IMG/VR virus record: IMGVR_UViG_3300048762_000055 | Coordinates: 1-59,184 of that record | From: a virus | Lineage: Duplodnaviria > Caudoviricetes | Direction: 5' to 3' (one strand) | Length of the DNA: 59,184 nt | Shown here: positions 1 through 9,258 of the stretch, piece by piece | How positions within the stretch are numbered: the stretch's first letter is position 1 | Layout of the letters: every line of letters begins with the position of its first letter | Program-made: the position numbers and the translations under genes | Notes under the pieces: model-generated | What the model was told of the DNA's origin: nothing | Seen by the model: only the letters and a program-made list of their open reading frames with translations | Database searches by the model: none

Positions 1-127
1 AATCCTTGAAATATGGGCGCAGTTTGTTCATGTCGAGTTTGTCTCGGTCGACGAGTTCGACATAGCCTACCTGTGCCATCGTGTTGAGAACACCGCTATC
101 GAAACGCTCGCGCACCATCTCTGCTGG
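1..127. repeat. Exact duplicate of 1027-1153 fused to the contig start (probable chimeric/assembly tip)
   Basis: 1-127 is identical to 1027-1153, then joins the terminal repeat through a 2-bp GG overlap. Confidence 0.9.
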
Positions 128-244
128 GCCGTCGCAGATATTGTACGCGTGATAAGCCTCTAGGCTCATGTTCGAGTAGATGCCTGGAACGGAAATTTGC
201 TCGCCTGACCATTTTATTGACTTCATGCTTATCCGGTTTAGACG
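126..244. repeat. Terminal direct repeat, copy 1 (circular overlap)
   Basis: GGGCCGTCGCAG...TTTAGACG, identical to 59066-59184 (119 bp). Confidence 0.95.
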
Positions 245-264
245 CACAGCCCTACATCTTGTGG

Positions 265-831
265 TCACGGGAAAACCAGCGTTTTGCCATTCCACGCACA
301 GTCTGGAATGTTCATTTTGATGTAGACCAAAATCTCGGCGCCCAGCGAGGCGCGCTTGGCCTCATAGTCGGCGTCCAGCGAGGCGAGCTTGGCCTTGTAG
401 TCGGCGTCCAGCGGGGCGAGCTTGGCCTTGTAGTCGGCGTACAGCGGGGCGCGCTTGGCCTCATAGTCGGCGTCCAGCGGGGCGAGCTTGGCCTTGTAGT
501 CGGCGTACAGCGGGGCGCGCTTGGCCTTGTAGTCGGCGTCCAGCGGGGCGAGCTTGGCCTTGTAGTCGGCGTACAGCGGGGCGAGCTTGGCCATCGCCTC
601 GCAACCGCCAAGATAGATCATGTTGTGAAGGCGGATAGCCACTTCGTTCTTTGGCTTCCTCCGCTTCACATAATCAATGCGCTCATTTACGTCATACGTC
701 TCCTCGTACATTTGTTCGTGGTGTAAGAACGCAAACCAACCTTTTGTTGGGCCGGTGTAGTTGTAACGCCCCGGAAATAACGTGTTCTCGATCTTCTTGC
801 GATTAGGATGGTTAATCATCGTCATGTCCAA
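265..831 (-). CDS. Hypothetical protein with eight 11-aa tandem repeats (AK[L/R]APL[D/Y]ADY[K/E])
   Basis: ORF track; co-oriented with the leftward operon; repeats are in frame. Confidence 0.75.
   Translation of the reverse strand: MDMTMINHPNRKKIENTLFPGRYNYTGPTKGWFAFLHHEQMYEETYDVNERIDYVKRRKPKNEVAIRLHNMIYLGGCEAMAKLAPLYADYKAKLAPLDADYKAKRAPLYADYKAKLAPLDADYEAKRAPLYADYKAKLAPLDADYKAKLASLDADYEAKRASLGAEILVYIKMNIPDCAWNGKTLVFP
335..591. repeat. 33-bp coding tandem repeat, about 8 units
   Basis: Unit GGCCTTGTAGTCGGCGTCCAGCGGGGCGAGCTT repeated with few substitutions and no spacers. Confidence 0.9.
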
Positions 832-922
832 GCCCCTGAAATCCCCGAGGCGCAGGAAATCAACATCTAGTAGTTCTCAGCATTTGTGTGTCTCAACCGG
901 ATAAGCATGATTGACTTGATTG

Positions 923-1807
923 TCACTTGATCACCGTATCCGCACGCATCTCTATGATCGCGCCATCCATCGGCTTCTTGTGGGCTGTCGCTTTGGCATA
1001 TTGGGTAAGCGCGCGCAGCAGTTCGGAATCCTTGAAATATGGGCGCAGTTTGTTCATGTCGAGTTTGTCTCGGTCGACGAGTTCGACATAGCCTACCTGT
1101 GCCATCGTGTTGAGAACACCGCTATCGAAACGCTCGCGCACCATCTCTGCTGGCTTCTGCATCGTGGCAATGCGGGCCTCGTCGGCGGCTGCTGCTGCCA
1201 TGAGAGTTTCGACGCGGGCACTCTCGGCGGCGATGCCGTGTTGCTCGGCGCGCTGCTCGTGCGCCTCGATGTTCTCTGCCTTGCGGGCCCTGGCTGCTGC
1301 GGCTTCAGCTTCGCGTGCCGTGGCTTGTTCCGCTGCCATCTTGTCGGCTGCATCGCGGGCGGCGCGCGTGGTACGCTCGAATTCCTCTCGGCGCCGCTGT
1401 TCCTCGGCCAAGCGGCGCTTTTCGTTGTAGGCATGTACGCGAGCGTGAAGGATAGCTGCGCCCTTGTCGAGCCGATCCATGAGGCCCTTGAAATACTGGT
1501 CGACTGCGTTTCCACCGCGCAGAAACGGCTCTTTTTCACGGACCCTAAATGCTTCGGCTCGGCTGCTGGTATCGCGCATTGCCTTGATGGCGAGCGAAAG
1601 CTTTTCGGAATCTTCCGGATTCTCGACTGCCTTCGGCAAATCCTGGGCTTGCTTGAGTTGGTCGGTGGTCGTTGCGGCGAGCTTGGCGTAATTTGCCGCC
1701 ATCTCGTCGGTGACGCGATTGGCGTAATCCGGCGCTTGATTTGAACCGGGTATCGCGCGCGGGTTCTCGGCCGCGTCAGGCTGGCGGGCTGCTGTCTTAG
1801 TGGTCAT
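923..1807 (-). CDS. Coiled-coil phage protein of the recombination region
   Basis: Long Ala/Glu/Arg-rich helical ORF (REKEPFLRGGNAVDQYF); start placed at MTTKT. Confidence 0.7.
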   Translation of the reverse strand: MTTKTAARQPDAAENPRAIPGSNQAPDYANRVTDEMAANYAKLAATTTDQLKQAQDLPKAVENPEDSEKLSLAIKAMRDTSSRAEAFRVREKEPFLRGGNAVDQYFKGLMDRLDKGAAILHARVHAYNEKRRLAEEQRRREEFERTTRAARDAADKMAAEQATAREAEAAAARARKAENIEAHEQRAEQHGIAAESARVETLMAAAAADEARIATMQKPAEMVRERFDSGVLNTMAQVGYVELVDRDKLDMNKLRPYFKDSELLRALTQYAKATAHKKPMDGAIIEMRADTVIK

Positions 1808-1869
1808 GGGGATTTTCTCCAGACGCTGTGAATTTTGCGCAGGGTGACTGTCCTCCAAGTCGTTTTCGG

Positions 1870-1888
1870 TGTCAAGCGGGAAAACCCG
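1870..1888. promoter_or_regulatory. Operator-like palindrome GCGGGAAAACCCG next to a leftward TTGACA in the divergent intergenic region
   Basis: Same motif recurs at 3149, 9213, 9884 and 14610. Confidence 0.6.
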
Positions 1889-1924
1889 ATTTGCCTCTTT
1901 ACATGATATTTTTATTGCCCCTAT

Positions 1925-2281
1925 ATGTGGTGCATGAAGATCGAGCCGGTACTACGGGATAATCTGAGCATCTTGGCGAAAGCCTATTGCTCCCACACTG
2001 GGGCAACGCTCGGCGTGCTGTCGCGGCGTAGCCACGGAGATCCGCCGTACTTTGAGCGGCTGATGGCCGGGGAGGGTACGGTGTCGGCTCGGGCCTATGA
2101 CAAGCTGATTCCCTGGTTTGAGAAAAACTGGCCCAAGGGCGTTCCTGTGCCCGTAATTTGGGCCATTATCTGTCATCCCCCCTGCAACCCGCAAAAGGAG
2201 CCAACATGGCACCGCGAAAGAAGCCCGGCCCAAAGCCGGAAAAGCAAGAAGCCGTTAAATCGTCGGAAGTCACCGGCATGA
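1925..2281 (+). CDS. Cro-like small HTH regulator (alphaproteobacterial phage type)
   Basis: LSRRSHGDPPYFERLMAG...WFEKNWP pattern; first gene right of the divergent promoter region. Confidence 0.6.
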   Translation: MWCMKIEPVLRDNLSILAKAYCSHTGATLGVLSRRSHGDPPYFERLMAGEGTVSARAYDKLIPWFEKNWPKGVPVPVIWAIICHPPCNPQKEPTWHRERSPAQSRKSKKPLNRRKSPA

Positions 2282-2646
2282 TTACCAAATCCGCCCTCGC
2301 TGGCATTCTAACGCTGGATAAGCGGACCAAGACTGCTCAATCCGAGCTCGCCGGCGAACTTGGCTCGGCTATTGCCAAGGCGGTCGAGCGTTTTGGCACC
2401 AATCGCAAGGCTTTGGGCATAATTCGGCAGTTAAACCGGATGGAACCCGAGAAACTGGCCGATTTCCTTGACCATTTCGACTATATGCTGGACGTCAGCG
2501 GGCTCGAAAAGCGAGCCGAATCGGTCCAAAGGCTGCCTATGGGGGATGCTGTGGAACCCGAGGAGGAGGTCGATATCCCCGCGGAACCCGATGCCAAGGT
2601 GTCCCGGCCTCAATTCGGGGCCAAGGCGGCGTCCGAGGTTGCCTAG
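2206..2646 (+). CDS. GapR/DUF2312-like DNA-binding protein (divergent)
   Basis: Helical pattern ...AVERFGTNRKALGIIRQLNRMEPEKLADFLDHFDYMLDVSGL resembles DUF2312; AAGGAG SD before ATG 2206. Confidence 0.5.
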   Translation: MAPRKKPGPKPEKQEAVKSSEVTGMITKSALAGILTLDKRTKTAQSELAGELGSAIAKAVERFGTNRKALGIIRQLNRMEPEKLADFLDHFDYMLDVSGLEKRAESVQRLPMGDAVEPEEEVDIPAEPDAKVSRPQFGAKAASEVA

Positions 2647-3143
2647 TGGGCCTCGCGCTCGACCTGTTCAGTGTGATGCCTGGGGCGGCCACAGAGGCCG
2701 TCCCGTTCGTTTCCGTGAGTATGGCTGGGCCACCGTGCGGGAAGGGCCGCCCACGCTTCCGCTGGGTGCCTCCTGGGGCCAGTGGAAGGCCTGGATTTGT
2801 CCATACCTATACCCCGGCGCAGACGGTATCGATCGAAACTGCCCTAAAGTGGAAGGGGAAGGCCGCCATGCGCGGTCGGCCCCTCTTGGAAGGCCCACTG
2901 GCGGTTCGGCTGTTTGCCATGATGCCGGTGCCACAAAGCTGGCCGAACAAACGGCGGGATGCGGCACTCACTGGCCTGATTTTCCATACCAGCACGCCCG
3001 ATGGTGACAATATTTTCAAGCTGGTGGCAGACGGGCTAAATGGCGCGGTTTATGTGGACGATAAGCAAATCGTGCGCCATGCGGTATTCAAGGAATACGC
3101 TGAGAACCCCGGCCTTATCGTCGAAGTTTACAAACTGGATTGA
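2646..3143 (+). CDS. rusA: RusA-family Holliday junction resolvase
   Basis: GKGRPRF, HTYTP, PDGDNIFKLVADGLNG, YVDDKQIV motifs. Confidence 0.9.
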   Translation: MGLALDLFSVMPGAATEAVPFVSVSMAGPPCGKGRPRFRWVPPGASGRPGFVHTYTPAQTVSIETALKWKGKAAMRGRPLLEGPLAVRLFAMMPVPQSWPNKRRDAALTGLIFHTSTPDGDNIFKLVADGLNGAVYVDDKQIVRHAVFKEYAENPGLIVEVYKLD

Positions 3144-3167
3144 CCTTTGCGGGTTTTCCCGTATATG
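3140..3167 (+). promoter_or_regulatory. Sigma70-like promoter with operator GCGGGTTTTCCCG between the -35 and -10 elements
   Basis: TTGACC (3140), 16 nt, TATATG (3162); operator at 3149-3161. Confidence 0.5.
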
Positions 3168-3781
3168 TCGATTATCCTAGGAAACCCACCGCAATGGCTA
3201 ATACCAAAAAATCAGAATATCAGGCTTTTCTTGCCAGTAAGGCAATCGTGGCTCAATCGCGTGGCCGGGAAACTGATGCCGCCTAGTGTCCCCTCTGCCG
3301 CCTGACAACCATTAGTGGTGTCTGCGATTATATCAGACACAACATCTAGATTCCACACCATTAGTAGATTAGCCATGCCAAAAAATCTACATATAGACGC
3401 ACCAAAACCGTCCATCATTTGTTCTTATTCTACTAAATGTAGTGGGTTTCTACCTTAGACACTAGATATAGTGGGTACGTATTATGGAACATCTTGGTAC
3501 AATCAGCCCTAGTGGGAATGGGATTAAAGACCGACCCACCATCCCTAGTGGGTATCGCGTTCGACTAGGCACATTATCTTGTGTGACTTGACAGCCTATT
3601 TTTGGCGCTATCTCCTACGCGCGGTTCCTCCCCACCGAAGATTCTCCAAGCGTCGAAGATCATCAGTTGATCTCTGGTCTTGATACCTTCTGCCACTGAA
3701 AGCCTCTGCCTCGCTGACGAGCCGAGAAGGAGGGCGGTAGTTGTTGAAGGGCGATAAAAATGGGGAAATGGGATTAAATTC

Positions 3782-6349
3782 ATGGCCATAGAATTATGGG
3801 ATCACCAGAAAGCGGCGCTAGACGCCCTGCGGTTATCGGTGCGGCAGGGGGTTAGGCGCATAGTGCTGCAAAGTCCGACAGGGTGCCATGCTCCTGGCAC
3901 ATCGATTCTTATGTTTGATGGCAGCATTAAGCCAGTCGAGGAAATTAAGATCGGCGACAGAATTATGGGGCCAGATAGTTCCCCTCGATATGTTTTGTCT
4001 CTCCACCACGGCAAGGATGAGATGTTTAGAATCGTCCCGAATACTGGAGGGGCACCGTTTATAGTTAACGGAAATCACCTTTTATCGGTCGAGCAAACAT
4101 CACTCCCAGATTCGGATTGGAGATCAATTTACAATAGTGAGTGGACTGTTGTCTCAGTTCTAGAGTGGCTGGCAGAGACTAAAGAATTTCGTCATCTGCA
4201 CAAATTGCATAGAGCGAACGCGATAGAGTTCTCTAGCGACCGAGAGGCCAGAGAAATATTTGATCCGTATTTGCTCGGGTTGATTTTAGGAGATGGGAGC
4301 ATTGTTAAGGGAAGCCCAAGCGTTTGCACCGATGATATCGAGGTAGTTGATGCGCTAGGTGAGATAGCAACCAAGTACGGGGTGTCTGCCAAACTAATAA
4401 AACAAGCCGCTAAGAGGACACCACAATATTCATTAACTGGGCCACGTGGGAGGTCAAACACAGTCATTGATATTTTGCGGTCCCTAAAGCTGTGGGGATG
4501 TAGAAGCGGGACAAAATTCATTCCGCATATTTTTAAGACAGCATCGCGGGATGATCGACTCGAATTGCTCGCAGGAATTTTGGACACCGATGGGTACCTT
4601 TCTGGGAAGGGGTTTGATTATATCTCAAAATCAAAAGACCTTGCTGATGATGTGGCATTTATCGCCAGATCACTAGGTTTTTGTGTTTCAGAATCTCAAA
4701 AGATTATCAGCAGCGGAGATTACGCAGGGAATATTTATTATCGGCTCAATGTGTGGGGCGATACAAATTTAATTCCAACTCGGATCGCTCGCAAAAAAGC
4801 GGACAAGAGACTGCAAATAAAATCACCATTACTGAGTGGGTTTGTCCTTGAAGCGGCAGGCGTTGGAGAATTTTTTGGGTTCGAGGTAGATGTTGACAAT
4901 CTTTACCTCACTGCCGATTTTACGGTTCATCATAATAGCGGAAAAACCAAGATTGCGGCGCAAATTGTCGATGGCGCGCTGAGGAAAGGCAACCGTCTGG
5001 CGTTCGTCGTCAGTAGCATTTCACTGATTGACCAGACGCTAGAATCGTTTGCGAGCGAAGGTATCCGCGGCATGGGCGTGATTCAGGCAAATCATGAGGC
5101 TACAGATTGGGCCCAGCCGGTGCAGATATGCAGCATTCAAACGCTAAATAAGCGCGGCAAATTTCCAGCGGCCCAGGTCGTTGTCTATGACGAGTGTCAT
5201 TCGCTCCACAAAACACACAAAGATTGGATCACTCATCCAGAATGGACGAATATACCGTTTATAGGATTGTCCGCTACACCGTGGGCAAGAGGACTTGGAA
5301 AGTATTTTGATTCATTGCTGGTTGTCGATACGACGCAGAACTTAATCGAAAAAGGTTTGCTATCCAAGTTCAAGGTTTTTGCTACCGGGCATCCTGACTT
5401 GACCGGAGTCAAAATCGTAGCTGGAGATTACCACGAGAAACAATTGTCGGATGCGATGCAGAAAGGATCATTAACGGCGGATATTGTGAAAACTTGGCAA
5501 TTACGCTGGGGCAAAGACAAGACGCTGATATTTGGTGTCGATCGGGCTCATGCCAAGTCGTTGCAGGAACGGTTTACGGAGAGTGGAATTAGTTGTGCTT
5601 ATCAGGACGCTCTAACCACTACGCTGGAGCGGGCCGAGATAAAGCGGCAGTTTCACAATGGCGAGGTGAGGGCGATATCAAACGTCGGCACATTGACGGT
5701 AGGGGTCGACTACGATGTTCGGTGCTTGATACTGGCGAGGCCGACACGCTCTGAAATCCTTTACACGCAAATTGTCGGCCGCGCGCTCAGAACGGCGCCG
5801 GGAAAGGACTTTGCGATTCTGTTGGATCATTCCGATACGACGCAAAATCTTGGCTTGGTTACCGACATTCATCATGAACACCTCTCAGGCGGTAAAACGC
5901 CGGAGGTCGAGCGGAAGTACAAAAAGCCTTTGCCTAAGCCTTGCCCGAAATGCGCGTGTGTTCTGCCTCGCGTTGCCGGCGTATGCCCGAATTGCGGCGA
6001 GGAGATAAAGCCCCACGTTTCTGGGCTGGTTGAGATCGATGGCGAGCTTGTCGAGATCACCGCGGCTGGCTATCGCGCGGATAAGAAGTCGAGGACGAAT
6101 AGGTATACCGCGACGATAGAAGAGAAAGCAAAGTTTCTCGCTGGTTTGAAATATATCGGGATCGAGCGAGGCTACAAAAGCGGATGGTCGGCAAATCAAT
6201 ACCGGATGAAGTTTCAAGTATGGCCAGATCACAGCATTCAAGAAATTCCGCCTTCGCCGCCAACGATGGAGGTTAAAATGTGGGTGCGCTCATCACAAAT
6301 AAGATGGGCGATATCGAAGAAGAAAGACCATCATCAATCGGCTAGTTGA
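3782..6349 (+). CDS. SF2 (RadD/YejH-like) DNA helicase with C-terminal Zn ribbon, containing an intein
   Basis: Walker A SPTG/SGKT split by the intein; DECH, GLSATP, QIVGRALR, CPKC...CPNC. Confidence 0.9.
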   Translation: MAIELWDHQKAALDALRLSVRQGVRRIVLQSPTGCHAPGTSILMFDGSIKPVEEIKIGDRIMGPDSSPRYVLSLHHGKDEMFRIVPNTGGAPFIVNGNHLLSVEQTSLPDSDWRSIYNSEWTVVSVLEWLAETKEFRHLHKLHRANAIEFSSDREAREIFDPYLLGLILGDGSIVKGSPSVCTDDIEVVDALGEIATKYGVSAKLIKQAAKRTPQYSLTGPRGRSNTVIDILRSLKLWGCRSGTKFIPHIFKTASRDDRLELLAGILDTDGYLSGKGFDYISKSKDLADDVAFIARSLGFCVSESQKIISSGDYAGNIYYRLNVWGDTNLIPTRIARKKADKRLQIKSPLLSGFVLEAAGVGEFFGFEVDVDNLYLTADFTVHHNSGKTKIAAQIVDGALRKGNRLAFVVSSISLIDQTLESFASEGIRGMGVIQANHEATDWAQPVQICSIQTLNKRGKFPAAQVVVYDECHSLHKTHKDWITHPEWTNIPFIGLSATPWARGLGKYFDSLLVVDTTQNLIEKGLLSKFKVFATGHPDLTGVKIVAGDYHEKQLSDAMQKGSLTADIVKTWQLRWGKDKTLIFGVDRAHAKSLQERFTESGISCAYQDALTTTLERAEIKRQFHNGEVRAISNVGTLTVGVDYDVRCLILARPTRSEILYTQIVGRALRTAPGKDFAILLDHSDTTQNLGLVTDIHHEHLSGGKTPEVERKYKKPLPKPCPKCACVLPRVAGVCPNCGEEIKPHVSGLVEIDGELVEITAAGYRADKKSRTNRYTATIEEKAKFLAGLKYIGIERGYKSGWSANQYRMKFQVWPDHSIQEIPPSPPTMEVKMWVRSSQIRWAISKKKDHHQSAS
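3884..4936 (+). mobile_element. Intein (351 aa) with in-frame LAGLIDADG endonuclease, in helicase Walker A
   Basis: G|CHAPGT...TVHHN|S; LLGLILGDGS and LLAGILDTDG motifs; visibly AT-richer than flanks. Confidence 0.95.
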
Positions 6350-6744
6350 TGATGGAGCATAAAACTATCTTGATGCAGACAGAGCCGCGTTTCGTGCATC
6401 AGCCGGGGTGCTGTTGTTGGTCGTGCATCCGAGAATTACAGCGATGGATCACGGCGACAAACTATGATCGAGAATCACGCAGAGAGGCAGAAAATAAATG
6501 GAGGGCTAAGAGGATGACATTCACGATATTGCAACAGATTGAAGAAGCCGAACGAGAAATAAAAATGCGGGTAAACGTCTATCCACGATGGGTTGGAAGT
6601 GGGAAGATGAAACAGGACGAAGCCGATCTGCACTTAGCTCGGATGAAATCGATCCTGAAAACATTGGTATGGTTACGCGATAACAAAGACACGATTAAAG
6701 AAAAGTTAACGAGTTCAAAAACATTGGATGAGGTAGCACCATGA
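6346..6744 (+). CDS. Hypothetical phage protein
   Basis: C-terminal half (QIEEAEREIKMRVNVYPRWVGSGKM) resembles a common small phage family; true start may be internal. Confidence 0.6.
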   Translation: MMMEHKTILMQTEPRFVHQPGCCCWSCIRELQRWITATNYDRESRREAENKWRAKRMTFTILQQIEEAEREIKMRVNVYPRWVGSGKMKQDEADLHLARMKSILKTLVWLRDNKDTIKEKLTSSKTLDEVAP

Positions 6745-7049
6745 GATTTGACAACCTCGCTCCGCTTGCTCCTTCCGATCGAATGCTCGGGCTCGCACTC
6801 ATGCAATTTGTCAGGATGATTGACGAAGGAGTTGCGGTAATTCCTCCTCCGCGTGGCTGGCCGGTTGTGCCTCTCCTGCATGTGCCAATGCACGCCAATG
6901 CATATCCGTCCTCTACCGAAAAGCAGGCGCTGGATTCGCTCTGGCGTGCTGGCCGGCAATACGCCAAGGGCAATCTGACTGACGAGGAATTCGTTGAAAT
7001 AGACCGGCGTTGCAATATGGTCTTGGCGCTTAAATCCGATCAAGATTAA
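6741..7049 (+). CDS. Hypothetical protein
   Basis: ATGA overlap with upstream gene, GAGG SD. Confidence 0.6.
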   Translation: MRFDNLAPLAPSDRMLGLALMQFVRMIDEGVAVIPPPRGWPVVPLLHVPMHANAYPSSTEKQALDSLWRAGRQYAKGNLTDEEFVEIDRRCNMVLALKSDQD

Positions 7050-7064
7050 CCCAAGGGGATCAAA

Positions 7065-7529
7065 ATGGACTATTGGCACGAAGATCAAAAAGCCGTTGTA
7101 AAAGAAAAATGGGAATCTGGCATTAGCGCAGGGACTATAGCTGCTGAGTTTTGCACAAGTCGCAGCGCCATTATTGGATTAGTTCATCGCAATCATTGGA
7201 TCACGCCAAACACAATCGCAAATCGAACCGCAAATCAGAGAGAAAAGAAGGAAACGCGCCAAGTCCCTATCAACATTCAGCGAACCATGGACCGGCGCCA
7301 CAGTCCGCAACCGCAGCCGCCGCTCGAGCGGGATCCGGCACCGACCGTCAATGACCTGGCGATTCCGATGAAACAACGCCGGACGTTGATGGAGCTCACG
7401 AGCAAAACCTGCCGGTTTCCTGTTGGGTATCCTGGCAGTGCTGATTTTTTCTTCTGCGGGGCCATTCCGCGCGATGACAGCCCGTATTGCACCGGGCATT
7501 ATCGCCGATCAATCCAGCCGCCACGATAG
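7065..7529 (+). CDS. gcrA: GcrA-family cell-cycle transcription regulator
   Basis: N-terminal W...W..G.SA..IA...SRSAIIGLVHR and C-terminal LMELTSKTCRFPVG...FFFCG...PYCTGH. Confidence 0.9.
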   Translation: MDYWHEDQKAVVKEKWESGISAGTIAAEFCTSRSAIIGLVHRNHWITPNTIANRTANQREKKETRQVPINIQRTMDRRHSPQPQPPLERDPAPTVNDLAIPMKQRRTLMELTSKTCRFPVGYPGSADFFFCGAIPRDDSPYCTGHYRRSIQPPR

Positions 7530-7979
7530 GAGGCATGAACCCAATGGCTGAAAAAATGGTGAAGTATCGGGCCCTCGCCGGCGATCTATGCGATGCAATC
7601 CTGCTCGATGAATCCGATGGGCTGGCGCTGCTCGATATTACGTTCCCGAATAGCACCGAGGGCTTACGGCTATCGCGGATTCCGCTGGTGCTGGCCGATG
7701 ACGGGCGCCGCGGCATTTGCTTTCGGGCTGGCGCTGCGTGATCGACGATCTTGACGAGATTCTTTCCCGCATAACTGGCGGCGCAATATCGTCCAAGGCG
7801 GCTGATCCTCCACCTGCCACAAGTGATGGCACAATGCGAGGTCGCTGCCCGAATTGCGGGAAGTTCGCAAATGCCAGAATTACGGCTGAGATAATCGAAG
7901 AGGCCGAGAAGGTTCCGCCTAAACCAGCCCCTAAGCTTGTGCCGTGGCAAAGACGTCGCCGTAGACGGTTGCCAACGGC

Positions 7980-8189
7980 CTAAGCCTCAGAAATCGTCCC
8001 AGGCGCGTTCTTTCGGCCTTTAGAATGTCGGGGTGCCACTTTCATCACAGGGACGCCCAACGCCCGCCCTAGGGCTTTTACGGCGGCATCCTTCTTGGAT
8101 TGCCTGGGCTCTTTCCGGGTATTCTGCTGGAATCGCTGTTCGCGCTGGGCGCGGAGAGCAGCTTCCCGGGGGCCGATTGGCTTTGACAT
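7980..8189 (-). CDS. Small basic hypothetical protein
   Basis: ORF track; part of a leftward small-gene cluster. Confidence 0.5.
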   Translation of the reverse strand: MSKPIGPREAALRAQREQRFQQNTRKEPRQSKKDAAVKALGRALGVPVMKVAPRHSKGRKNAPGTISEA

Positions 8190-8192
8190 GGC

Positions 8193-8435
8193 CTATTTTG
8201 TCTCAGGGTGAAGCAATGCGGTCCGGTAACGCGATCTCAGCATTAGATCGGGGCACGGGCTGTCTATCTCGCTCATAAACTTACCCTCCGCGCTCTGCAA
8301 ATATCCCGGCTCTCTGATGACGCGACGATGAGCTTCAACCGCTCGCCTGCGATCATCATCATAGCTCGCATTGTTGGGGGCTGAGCCACGCGCTACCGCG
8401 AGGATCATTAGGTGTTCATCGGCTCGTAACGGCAT
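8193..8435 (-). CDS. Hypothetical protein
   Basis: ORF track; tightly packed leftward cluster. Confidence 0.55.
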   Translation of the reverse strand: MPLRADEHLMILAVARGSAPNNASYDDDRRRAVEAHRRVIREPGYLQSAEGKFMSEIDSPCPDLMLRSRYRTALLHPETK

Positions 8436-8676
8436 GGCTGACCTATTCCTTGGTGACGAGCATTATAGCCGCCACGGCCAAATATCCGGCAATGGTGATT
8501 ATCAGCAGCATAGCAGCCCTCTATCGGTTGGTCGCGCAGGCATAACTAGGTGCCGTGCCATTCCACGGGCAGGAATGCTCCCGCTGGCTGGCAAAGGCTA
8601 GAATCGCGATCACTGTGGCGATCAGTGCGGTGCCGAGAAAGCGGGTGGCTGTGGTGTTTTTGAGCATGGCTGGCCC

Positions 8677-8901
8677 TTATCGTTTGAGTGCTTCATAGGC
8701 GATGGCGGAAGGGTCAGATGTCCCGTCATTAGCAATTAGTCCCAAGACGCACCGCAGATTCTCAATCTCGTCTGCGGCTTCCGCCATATCGGATATGGTT
8801 CTTTTGACGTCCAGATCAGCCGGTTTGCCGCGTGTTAATCCGCTGCCGTGGTAGGCAGGATTGCGGAGGCGTTCGACTAAAGTCATCGGCTTATCGGTCA
8901 T
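8677..8901 (-). CDS. Hypothetical protein (LVERLR...EAADEIENLR type)
   Basis: 3' part of ORF 8677..9144; common small phage motif. Confidence 0.55.
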   Translation of the reverse strand: MTDKPMTLVERLRNPAYHGSGLTRGKPADLDVKRTISDMAEAADEIENLRCVLGLIANDGTSDPSAIAYEALKR

Positions 8902-8908
8902 TGGGTCA

Positions 8909-9196
8909 TCAATCGTTGGTGCGGAGTGAGAAATCGGTCGGGCGGTGGCTTTCGACCGGCTTCGATGCGCGGTCAACGAGAACATAAGCCGCTGCGTGCA
9001 TCCACTCGGCCAAAAGCTGCAATCGGCGTCCGGTGCTGGCCCGCATCCACTCGCGGCGATCCGGGATGTCGATATCGGCAGTATCGCAATCCTCAATGCC
9101 AAGGGCGCGCGCCAGCATGCGGCAGGCGTCCTGCGGCTCGGCAAGGAGCGCGGCGGTAAAGATTCGATTTTCGTTGGAAATTGTGGCGTTGGTCAT
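8909..9196 (-). CDS. Hypothetical protein
   Basis: AGGAGA SD before MTNAT; downstream of a TTGACA promoter and operator. Confidence 0.6.
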   Translation of the reverse strand: MTNATISNENRIFTAALLAEPQDACRMLARALGIEDCDTADIDIPDRREWMRASTGRRLQLLAEWMHAAAYVLVDRASKPVESHRPTDFSLRTND

Positions 9197-9212
9197 TGTC
9201 GTGTTCTCCTGA

Positions 9213-9258
9213 CGGGTTTTCCCGCAAACGGATAATGCGCTTTCTATCCCGGCTGTCA
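9213..9258 (-). promoter_or_regulatory. Leftward promoter (TTGACA-16-CATTAT) with downstream operator GCGGGAAAACCCG
   Basis: Reverse strand reads TTGACAgccgggatagaaagcgCATTATccgttt then the operator. Confidence 0.55.

Noticed and set aside
126-244. Biological terminal repeat of the virion DNA
   Set aside because: 119 bp, falls inside a coding sequence and matches a common assembler k-mer; better read as circular overlap
335-591. CRISPR-like array
   Set aside because: Contiguous 33-bp units with no unique spacers, in frame within a CDS, and no cas genes
217-726. Plus-strand 169-aa repeat ORF (and 312..611 minus)
   Set aside because: Shadow frames kept open by the tandem repeat; the 265..831 frame fits the operon direction
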